Origin: a virus
DNA: 64,000 bases
Strand: one strand, 5' to 3'
IMG/VR virus record: IMGVR_UViG_3300045988_128894
Location: 24,731 to 88,730 of that record
This document shows positions 18,841-25,806 of this stretch, one piece after another (positions within the stretch are counted from its first letter, which is position 1; each line of letters begins with the position of its first letter). Under the pieces are notes generated by a model. It saw nothing but the letters and a program-made list of their open reading frames with translations, was not told the origin of the DNA and did no database searches. The position numbers and the translations under genes were made by a program.

Positions 18841-19467
18841 GTGATTTTCATTAACTCTAATTTGTTAATAAATTGTGAGCAAAGTGTTGCCATTATGTGT
18901 ATAATGTGCTTGCTGGCAGGGAATCTGGTATCGAAGATCAGCCCGGTAATTCAAAATCAGAGCAATTCGTACCTTTATAATAGTAGTCCTCCGGCAGTAA
19001 GTGTTGTGCAGCAAGAGGAAAAGGAACCAGAAGTCATCGTAAAAACTGTTATCGAAACGCGTGTGGTAAACTTCAGTCAGGGAAAGCGCGAACTCACTAA
19101 TGATGAGCGTGCTCTTGCGGAGCAGATCGTTGCTTGTGAAGCAGGTGCTGATAGCCTAGAAGGTCAGATGGCTGTGGCTCAATGTCTTTATGATTCTGCC
19201 GTACTTGATGGTCTAACCATCCAGCAGGTCTTTAAGAAGTATGGTTATAGTTCCTTATATAATAGGAAGGTGACGGCAGAGAACGAATTGGCTGTGTCTA
19301 TGGTGTTTGATTACGGCGCTAAAATTTCAGACAAACCAATTCAATGGTTTGTGACCCCGGCGGCAGCTTCCGGCAGTTGGCACGAGCGCGGAGCAACGTT
19401 CGCTGGACAATTTGGCGCACATAGGTTCTATTACAACGCGGAACTGGTTGTGGATGATGCCGAGTGA
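18841..19467 (+). CDS. cell-wall hydrolase (SleB/CwlJ Hydrolase_2-like) with N-terminal hydrophobic anchor
   Basis: ERALAEQIVACEAGADSLEGQMAVAQCLYDS matches the SleB-type cell wall hydrolase core; N-terminal MCIMCLLAGNLV hydrophobic segment; start codon uncertain. Confidence 0.5.
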   Translation: MIFINSNLLINCEQSVAIMCIMCLLAGNLVSKISPVIQNQSNSYLYNSSPPAVSVVQQEEKEPEVIVKTVIETRVVNFSQGKRELTNDERALAEQIVACEAGADSLEGQMAVAQCLYDSAVLDGLTIQQVFKKYGYSSLYNRKVTAENELAVSMVFDYGAKISDKPIQWFVTPAAASGSWHERGATFAGQFGAHRFYYNAELVVDDAE

Positions 19468-19501
19468 ATGGCATCATCTAAAATTTTAAACTTTTACAAC
19501 A

Positions 19502-19553
19502 ACAAAAAGATGTATAATATATTGACTAAAACAAAAAGATGTGTATAATATAT
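19502..19553 (+). repeat. tandem direct repeat ACAAAAAGATGT(GT)TATAATATAT x2, each carrying a TATAAT box
   Basis: copies at 19502-19522 and 19531-19553 separated by TTGACT. Confidence 0.5.
19522..19549 (+). promoter_or_regulatory. sigma70-like promoter (TTGACT-16-TATAAT, TG-extended)
   Basis: TTGACT 19522-19527, TATAAT 19544-19549. Confidence 0.5.
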
Positions 19554-19591
19554 CTTGAAAGTTGTCTAAATGAGTGGAGGGCGGTGTTTTA

Positions 19592-19918
19592 ATGCGTGAG
19601 AGAAAGGTTCTGAAGGTCATACGAGTTGATGACTTTTTAAAGTACATAAGAAAAAAGAGAGTGTGGGTTTGTTTTGTTTGCAATGGTGTAGATGTTCACA
19701 TGGTCTGTAACAAAATGAACGATGTTGGAACAGAGACACATGGGATCGTTAAAGGCATTGGCTTCTTCGGAAACGAAAGTCATATTGAGCTGCGGCAAGA
19801 ATGCCACGAAGCAAGGAGGATTGAGCTTAGACCGGGCGATAAAGAGAAAGCGTATGAGATGATATTCGATAACACAAGCGTGTTCGTATCAGAGAATCCC
19901 GAGTTGTACGGGCACTAA
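19592..19918 (+). CDS. hypothetical protein (upstream neighbour of mazF-like gene)
   Basis: GGAGGG RBS before ATG 19592; Cys/His-containing; not MazE-like by eye. Confidence 0.4.
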   Translation: MRERKVLKVIRVDDFLKYIRKKRVWVCFVCNGVDVHMVCNKMNDVGTETHGIVKGIGFFGNESHIELRQECHEARRIELRPGDKEKAYEMIFDNTSVFVSENPELYGH

Positions 19919-19937
19919 AAATATTTTCAAAAACCTC

Positions 19938-19966
19938 TTGACTTCTGAAATGGTATCCTGTATAAT
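19938..19966 (+). promoter_or_regulatory. canonical sigma70 promoter (TTGACT-17-TATAAT) containing inverted 21-bp motif
   Basis: TTGACT 19938-19943, TATAAT 19961-19966; GTATCCTGTATAATATAGCTA 19953-19973. Confidence 0.6.
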
Positions 19967-20009
19967 ATAGCTATGGAACGGAGCTACACTATTATAGAGG
20001 AGAAAAACT

Positions 20010-20429
20010 ATGGACAACAATATTGACCCAAAGGTCGGAGAGGTTTGGTTGGTCGATTTGTCCAATGCAACAGGTCATCAGCAGCGCGGTATTCGACCGT
20101 TCGTTGTGACAAGCAACAACAAGCGCAACTTCTTCAGTCCCACAATCAAAGGGAATCCGTTGTCTTCCAGAATATACAAGCGTTCTCCGGTTCATGTTCT
20201 ACTCTCGAAAGAAGACTGCGATTTCCTAGAGGTTGATAGTATCGTTCTTTGTGAAGAGACTGATACACTTAACAAAGGACAGTTCATCAAAAAGCTTGGT
20301 GTCTTGTCTGAGCGTCATATGAATATGATCGCAATGGCAAGATGCAAGGATGAACCGTTCTTACTCGCAGCATTCCTGAGCGGCGTACAACATACTATGG
20401 AATTTCAGAATTTTGCCGCATTTGCTTGA
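20010..20429 (+). CDS. mazF: MazF/PemK/Kid-family endoribonuclease toxin
   Basis: GEVWLVDLSNATGHQQRGIRPFVV almost identical in pattern to Kid/PemK N-terminus GEIWLVSLDPTAGHEQQGTRPVLIV; AGAGGAG RBS. Confidence 0.8.
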   Translation: MDNNIDPKVGEVWLVDLSNATGHQQRGIRPFVVTSNNKRNFFSPTIKGNPLSSRIYKRSPVHVLLSKEDCDFLEVDSIVLCEETDTLNKGQFIKKLGVLSERHMNMIAMARCKDEPFLLAAFLSGVQHTMEFQNFAAFA

Positions 20430-20482
20430 TTTTTTATAAGGGTTAATGGTACACTACATATAATAAGAAGGAGTGTGCCACT

Positions 20483-21409
20483 ATGCTTACTGAAGAGAAA
20501 ATCAACGCTTTTGCCGAAAAGTATTCTGATAGAAGCGGTGAGTTTGTTGTATCGACACTTAACCATGTTATGGATTACGAGGCCGAGCGTGGGTATGAGT
20601 TGTTTGACTTCACAAAAGATGATTTTGTAAAGATGTTTGCCAAATACAATTGGGTGAATTCAAGTCGGTCGTTCAGAAATGTAAAGTCAATAATTACAGG
20701 TTACATCAAAAGTGAGTATCGAGCGAGCATGTATGACTTGGCTGAATTCTCGGAGAGCGACGTGAGTTCAGACAATATGTACGAGGACAAGTATTTTGCG
20801 TCAGCTGATGAGTTTGTTGATTTCTTGGACAAGTATGAAGAACCATATCAGATTCGTATGAACGTGATTGCCGTGCTGTACTGGATTGGTCTTACTTCCG
20901 AAGAGGTTTCTAATCTGACAATTAACGATGTTGATTTTGAATCATGTACTGTTCTGAATAAGACCGGTGTTGACGCGAGATTGATGAATATCATTAAGCA
21001 GTGTTATGAAATGAAACAATACGATGCTCCAAATATGGGAGGATACAGAACGTTTTATGTCATAAATGGTGATTACATTCTTCGCAAAACAGAGGATAGA
21101 ACTGGTGCAGACAGTGATTCAAGAATGTCTACAAATACGATTCATAGTTATTTCACGCGCTTGAATGATATTCTCGAAAGAAGATATCATTCAAAGGCTT
21201 TAGACCGAAGACATCTGACCAGAAACGGCGAGTATGTCAAGGTTTATAACTACTGTAAAACTCATCCAGAATTTAATCTTGCAGAACTTAGTTTCGGAAA
21301 TGGTAAAGATCCTCTTGCGGACATTATCGGAAGAAAGTGCAGCAAGGTTGCCTACATTAGTTTCCGGCAAGGATACAAGGGCTGGATCGAATACTTCCAC
21401 AAAAATTAA
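20483..21409 (+). CDS. hypothetical 308-aa protein
   Basis: AAGGAG RBS; no confident domain call. Confidence 0.55.
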   Translation: MLTEEKINAFAEKYSDRSGEFVVSTLNHVMDYEAERGYELFDFTKDDFVKMFAKYNWVNSSRSFRNVKSIITGYIKSEYRASMYDLAEFSESDVSSDNMYEDKYFASADEFVDFLDKYEEPYQIRMNVIAVLYWIGLTSEEVSNLTINDVDFESCTVLNKTGVDARLMNIIKQCYEMKQYDAPNMGGYRTFYVINGDYILRKTEDRTGADSDSRMSTNTIHSYFTRLNDILERRYHSKALDRRHLTRNGEYVKVYNYCKTHPEFNLAELSFGNGKDPLADIIGRKCSKVAYISFRQGYKGWIEYFHKN

Positions 21410-21413
21410 AAAC

Positions 21414-21437
21414 AGGGGGCTTCAGCCCCTTGATTTT
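21414..21437 (+). terminator. rho-independent terminator
   Basis: GGGGC-ttca-GCCCC hairpin followed by TTGATTTT. Confidence 0.65.
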
Positions 21438-21444
21438 AACATTG

Positions 21445-21465
21445 TAACTATATAACACAGGATAC
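21445..21465 (+). promoter_or_regulatory. 21-bp motif copy TAACTATATAACACAGGATAC (direct); TTGATT 16 nt upstream of its TATAAC
   Basis: direct copy; possible -35 TTGATT 21429-21434. Confidence 0.4.
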
Positions 21466-21497
21466 AGAAAATAGTATTTGAATGGAGAATGATAACA

Positions 21498-23564
21498 ATG
21501 TCTGATTTCAAGAAATTTCGTGCACTGCTGCAGGACCACTTCAATGAGATGGTGAAGGGCGAAAACCCTCTGTTTATCACCGATGCAGACGAGGATGAAC
21601 TGTATAATCTGTATCTCGACAGCTTCCCAGCTGGCACGAATGAGTTGTTCCGTAAGCGGCGCGAGTATGACTGTTCCTGCTGCCGCCGTTTCGTAAAGAA
21701 CATCGGTAAGCTGGTTTCCTTTATGGATGGTCAGATGGTTACCGTCTGGGATTTCGATACCAAGTCCGATGTTTATCAGCCGGTTGTGGATGCGCTGGCT
21801 GCCTATGTGAAAACCTGCGCTGTTGTGAACCCGTATTACGTCAGCCGCAATATGATCTCTGATAGCAAGTTTGGCACTGAGATGAACTATGAGTATGACG
21901 CTGATCATAAGGCGGTTCATACCTGGGATCATTTCGTTGTCGAGATTCCTCAGCGGTTCATTGTGCGTCCCGATGACGTACCTACCAAGATGGCTCAGTG
22001 GCGTGATTCCGCCAATGTGTTCAAGCGCTCTCTGGAGGAGCTAACCATGGATGCCGTGGACACCGTGCTTGAGCTGATTGCGCAGAACAGCCTGTATCGC
22101 GGTAAGGAGTTTGAATCTCTGGTTCGTGGCTTCAAAATCGATAAGCAAGTGTATGATCGTCTGCCTGATGAAAAGAAGTCCGCTTATGTTTGGATGGCTC
22201 CCGGCGGAGCTTCGATGAACCGGCTTCGCATCCGCAATACGGCAATCGGTACTCTGCTGGTGAACCTGAGCGAGGGCATGGACGTGGATGCTGCTGTGTC
22301 TGCGTTTGAGGCCATTGTTGCTCCCGCCAACTATAAGCGTCCTAAGGCGATTTTTACCAAGAAGATGCTGGAAGACGCACAGAAAACCGTCACTGAGTTG
22401 GGCTATATGAACAGTCTGGGTCGCCGGTTTGCTACTCTGGACGACATCACCGTAAATAACGTTTTATTCTGTAACCGAGACGCAGCCCCTCGTATTACTG
22501 GCGCTGTGAATCCGTTTGAAGCAATGGCGAAGACTGTCGCAATCGATCCTAAGAAGTTCGGCCGCGCAGAGGAAATCGGTATTGATAAGTTTATCAAGGA
22601 CGTGCTGCCCACCGCGACTGGTCTGGAACTGTTTATGGAGAATCGGTTTGAGAAGAATATGACGTCTCTGATTGCTCCGCAGGATAAGAACGCGCCGTCT
22701 ATGTTCAAGTGGGCGAATGGTTTCAGTTGGGCGTATACGGGTAACGTGGCTGACAGCCAGATCCGTGAGAACGTCAAGAATGCAGGCGGTAAGGTTGATG
22801 GCGTGTTGCGTTTCTCTATTCAGTGGAACGATAAGCAGTGCGAGTGGGATGAAAATGACCTTGATGCCCACTGTGTTGAACCGAACGACGTTGAGATCTA
22901 TTTTGGCAACAAACGAGATTGGAGTACTGGTGGCAATCTGGATGTAGATATTATTCATCCTGATCGCGATGAGGCCGCTGTTGAGAATATTACATGGCCT
23001 GACATCAAAAAGATGAAGGATGGTAAATACGAGTTCTTTGTTCATTGCTTCTCTAACCGTGGCGGCAAAACCGGCTTCCGCGCAGAGATTGAATTTGATG
23101 GTCAAATCTACTCCTTCAATTACAATATTCCGCTGCGTCAGACTCAGAATGTTTCTGTTGCTACTGTTGTGTTGAATGATGGGCAGTTTACTATTAAGGA
23201 ACATCTCAATAGTTCTACTTCTTCCCGTGAAATCTGGGGTGTGAATTCCAATCAGTTTGTACCGGTGTCCGTAGCAATGTATTCTCCGAACTACTGGGAC
23301 GAGCAGAGTGGTAACGGTAATCGTCATTACTTCTTCATGCTCAAGGATTGTGTAAACCCTGAAAAGCCCAATGGATTCTACAATGAATTCCTGAAGGCGG
23401 AACTGCTACAGCATAAGCGAGTATTCGAGGCTCTTGGTTCTCAGATGGCAGTTCAGTCGGTAGATGACCAGCTGTCCGGCGTTGGGTTCTCTGAGACGAA
23501 ACATGATTCCTTTGTTGTCAAGGTTCAGGGCGCTACTGAGCGGGTTCTGAAAGTTGTTATTTAA
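21498..23564 (+). CDS. large hypothetical protein (689 aa)
   Basis: GGAGA RBS before ATG 21498; CSCC cluster near N-terminus; no recognisable catalytic motifs. Confidence 0.55.
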   Translation: MSDFKKFRALLQDHFNEMVKGENPLFITDADEDELYNLYLDSFPAGTNELFRKRREYDCSCCRRFVKNIGKLVSFMDGQMVTVWDFDTKSDVYQPVVDALAAYVKTCAVVNPYYVSRNMISDSKFGTEMNYEYDADHKAVHTWDHFVVEIPQRFIVRPDDVPTKMAQWRDSANVFKRSLEELTMDAVDTVLELIAQNSLYRGKEFESLVRGFKIDKQVYDRLPDEKKSAYVWMAPGGASMNRLRIRNTAIGTLLVNLSEGMDVDAAVSAFEAIVAPANYKRPKAIFTKKMLEDAQKTVTELGYMNSLGRRFATLDDITVNNVLFCNRDAAPRITGAVNPFEAMAKTVAIDPKKFGRAEEIGIDKFIKDVLPTATGLELFMENRFEKNMTSLIAPQDKNAPSMFKWANGFSWAYTGNVADSQIRENVKNAGGKVDGVLRFSIQWNDKQCEWDENDLDAHCVEPNDVEIYFGNKRDWSTGGNLDVDIIHPDRDEAAVENITWPDIKKMKDGKYEFFVHCFSNRGGKTGFRAEIEFDGQIYSFNYNIPLRQTQNVSVATVVLNDGQFTIKEHLNSSTSSREIWGVNSNQFVPVSVAMYSPNYWDEQSGNGNRHYFFMLKDCVNPEKPNGFYNEFLKAELLQHKRVFEALGSQMAVQSVDDQLSGVGFSETKHDSFVVKVQGATERVLKVVI

Positions 23565-23578
23565 GAGGAGAAATTATT

Positions 23579-23962
23579 ATGGAAAAGAATCTGTTTGAAA
23601 TTGCAACCCGTAATCGCTATCGCTTCAACTATAAGGGTATTATGACTGTTGAAGATCTGTGGGATCTGAGTGTCGAGGCACTAGATGCGATTTTTAAGAC
23701 CCTGAATCGTCAGAAGAAGACCGCAGACGAAGACTCCTTGCTGGCTGTTAAGAGTGCCGAAAATACCGAACTGGCAAACAAGATTGAGCTGGTCAAGTAT
23801 ATCGTGTCTGTCAAGCTGGCTGAATCTGAGGCTCGTGTGGATGCAGCCGAGAAGAAGGCGCAGCGCGATAAGATTATGAAGATTGTGGCAAAGAAGAAGG
23901 ACAAGGAGCTGGAAGATATGGACGTAGACCAGCTGATGAAGAAGCTGGAAGAGTTGAACTAA
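23579..23962 (+). CDS. hypothetical coiled-coil protein
   Basis: AGAGGAG RBS; K/E-rich heptad-like sequence. Confidence 0.5.
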   Translation: MEKNLFEIATRNRYRFNYKGIMTVEDLWDLSVEALDAIFKTLNRQKKTADEDSLLAVKSAENTELANKIELVKYIVSVKLAESEARVDAAEKKAQRDKIMKIVAKKKDKELEDMDVDQLMKKLEELN

Positions 23963-24042
23963 AATAGACATTTTATCGTGATTTTTGTTGAAATAATTAA
24001 CGAAGATACGCTATAATTTTGAGGTAATTTTGATGAAAACCT

Positions 24043-24699
24043 ATGAAAAAAATCGAAACGGTGTTCAATCGTGACATCGAAGGTACTAAAAAGTTGATTA
24101 TCGGTGATTTCCGCAGTGAGACCATCGAGTTCCTACAAAATAACGAGTGGGAATTTACTGAGAAAGTGGATGGCACGAATGTGCGTGTTTGCTGGGACGG
24201 TCACAAAGTCAGCTTTGCTGGACGAACTGAACGTGCCGAACTTCCTAAGAATTTGGTGGATGCACTAAATAAAATTTTCGGTACTTCTGAAGCAGAGGAA
24301 TTGTTTGAACAGACTTACGGTGATAAAGAAGTAATCCTCTTTGGAGAGGGTTATGGTGGCAAAATTCAAGGATGCGGTCATGGATACCGACCTGACGAGT
24401 GGTTCATCTTGTTCGATGTCCTGATTGGTGATAACTACCAGAGTAGAGAGTGGGTCAAAAAGACTGCTCAGATGTTTGGCATCCAAGCGGTTCCTGTTTT
24501 ATTCACAGGGACGATTCGAGACGGTATCAAGTTTGTATGTCGGCATCCGAAGTCTACGATTTCGATTGGTGGCATTTATATGGAAGGTCTAGTTGGTCGG
24601 CCAAAAGTTGAATTGAAAGACCGTAGAGGTAATCGAGTAATTGTCAAAATCAAGTGGAATGATTTCAAGGATATCGCTGATACGCTTGGTAATGAGTAA
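24043..24699 (+). CDS. small nucleotidyltransferase-fold polynucleotide ligase (RNA-ligase-like, KxDG)
   Basis: motif I EKVDGTN, motif IV-like GEGYGGK, motif V IVKIKW; 218 aa minimal ligase; sits immediately 5' of tRNA array. Confidence 0.5.
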   Translation: MKKIETVFNRDIEGTKKLIIGDFRSETIEFLQNNEWEFTEKVDGTNVRVCWDGHKVSFAGRTERAELPKNLVDALNKIFGTSEAEELFEQTYGDKEVILFGEGYGGKIQGCGHGYRPDEWFILFDVLIGDNYQSREWVKKTAQMFGIQAVPVLFTGTIRDGIKFVCRHPKSTISIGGIYMEGLVGRPKVELKDRRGNRVIVKIKWNDFKDIADTLGNE

Positions 24700-24738
24700 T
24701 TAAGACATTTTCTTCCTCCGAAAATGCCCTGCGCGGGG

Positions 24739-24768
24739 CTGACAGCCGGGAAAGAACGGCGATTATAT
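24739..24768 (+). promoter_or_regulatory. possible promoter for tRNA array (CTGACA-18-TTATAT)
   Basis: weak -35/-10 ending 1 nt before first tRNA. Confidence 0.25.
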
Positions 24769-24856
24769 GCCGCAGTGATGGAGTGACATACATTTCCCGC
24801 TTAAACCGGGACGCCTGAAACACGGATCGTGGGTTTGAATCCCACCTGCGGCACCA
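24769..24856 (+). tRNA. tRNA-Leu (anticodon TAA), type II with long variable arm, CCA encoded
   Basis: acceptor GCCGCAG/CTGCGGC, anticodon stem TCCCG/CGGGA with loop CTTAAAC, T-arm GTGGG-TTTGAAT-CCCAC, A73+CCA; D-stem only 3 bp. Confidence 0.65.
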
Positions 24857-24859
24857 TAT

Positions 24860-24933
24860 CCAGAATGTAGTGTAATGGCAGCACGCTGCGTTTGGGACGC
24901 AGAAGAGCGATTCGAATTCGACATTTTGGACCA
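24860..24933 (+). tRNA. tRNA-like, anticodon TGG (Pro) but degenerate T-stem; possibly pseudo-tRNA
   Basis: acceptor CCAGAAT/ATTTTGG (one G-U), perfect anticodon arm CTGCG-TTTGGGA-CGCAG, canonical TTCGAAT T-loop but T-stem only 3 bp, CCA encoded. Confidence 0.4.
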
Positions 24934-25028
24934 GTGGAGTATTCCACTTGCTTTTCATGAATACCTTCCTATTATTCTTGGCTCTCCAAAAAACGGAGCA
25001 GTAGGACGCAGCAAGCCAAGTTACATAA

Positions 25029-25118
25029 TGAGGGTTCGCCAAGTGGTAAATGGCATCTGGCTTTGACCCAGACAGCGTGCTTTATAGCCGATCGTCGGTT
25101 CGATCCCGACACCCTCAA
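25029..25118 (+). tRNA. type II tRNA (long variable arm, A73) with anticodon TTG
   Basis: 7/7 acceptor TGAGGGT/ACCCTCA, D-arm GCCA-agtggtaaa-TGGC, anticodon arm TCTGG-CTTTGAC-CCAGA, ~21-nt variable arm, T-arm GTCGG-TTCGATC-CCGAC; no CCA. Confidence 0.6.
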
Positions 25119-25123
25119 TTTAT

Positions 25124-25212
25124 GGACACGTGATGGAATCGCAGACATGAAAGATTTAGGCTCTTTTGCCGTTAACAGCGGTGTGCCCGTTCAAATCGGG
25201 TCGTGTCCACCA
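25124..25212 (+). tRNA. tRNA-Leu (anticodon TAG), type II, CCA encoded
   Basis: acceptor GGACACG/CGTGTCC, anticodon arm AAAGA-TTTAGGC-TCTTT, variable arm with GCCG/CGGT stem, T-arm GCCCG-TTCAAAT-CGGGT, A73+CCA. Confidence 0.65.
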
Positions 25213-25316
25213 TTATCAACTTATGGTTGCGTACCGTTTTGTTGATCTCCTTTGACCACTATTATTCCCAGCTCGCCAGTGATGGTGCAGTAGTGCTTTG
25301 CAAGCTGGGTTTTCAT

Positions 25317-25391
25317 GCAGCGGTCGTACAACGGCTAGTACATCAGCCTTCCAAGCTGAGGATGAGGTTTCGACTACCTTTCGCTGCTCCA
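25317..25391 (+). tRNA. tRNA-Gly (anticodon TCC)
   Basis: acceptor GCAGCGG/TCGCTGC, D-arm GTAC-aacggcta-GTAC, anticodon arm TCAGC-CTTCCAA-GCTGA, T-arm GAGGT-TTCGACT-ACCTT, CCA encoded. Confidence 0.7.
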
Positions 25392-25579
25392 GTCTTGTAT
25401 GGGTAGGATCTTTAGCGGTCAGATCCGGCCGCGCCTGTTCAAGATACCACCCCGAAAGGGGCGAGATATAGGAAATGTGCATCGCTGTTATTCCTTCCTC
25501 GTCTATATGGTATAGATGCAATAGTGTTTTATAAGGAAGGTTCCCAGTTGAATAGTTGCAGCTGTTTGACTGGTAATAT

Positions 25580-25655
25580 GGAATAGTAGCTCAGTTGGTT
25601 AGAGCCGACAACTTATAATTGTCAGACGCGAGTTCAAATCTCGACTATTCCACCA
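25580..25655 (+). tRNA. tRNA-Ile (anticodon TAT)
   Basis: acceptor GGAATAG/CTATTCC, D-arm GCTC-agttggtta-GAGC, anticodon arm GACAA-CTTATAA-TTGTC, T-loop TTCAAAT, CCA encoded. Confidence 0.7.
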
Positions 25656-25758
25656 GCCCGAAAGGGTGTACATAGAATCTGCTAGAACTTTTGTTTTATA
25701 AGCGTTGAAATAATATGACGTTGATACGTCTATTGTTTTTCGCTTATTCTCTGAGATT

Positions 25759-25779
25759 TAGCTATGTAACACAGGATAC
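25759..25779 (+). promoter_or_regulatory. 21-bp motif copy TAGCTATGTAACACAGGATAC (direct) upstream of methyltransferase gene
   Basis: followed by AAAAGGAGG RBS. Confidence 0.4.
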
Positions 25780-25806
25780 GAAAAGGAGGTGGTTTGGTGA
25801 AACATT

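Noticed and set aside
20483-21409. Second tyrosine recombinase
   Set aside because: An N-terminal segment loosely resembles integrase core-binding domains, but the C-terminal half lacks the R...HxxR...Y catalytic set.
24934-24950. Additional tRNAs in the gaps 24934-25028, 25213-25316 and 25392-25579
   Set aside because: Hairpins are present (AGTGG-agtattc-CCACT, and GNRA-type CCCCgaaaGGGG and ACCCgaaaGGGT), but no acceptor/D/T arm combination could be built on either strand.
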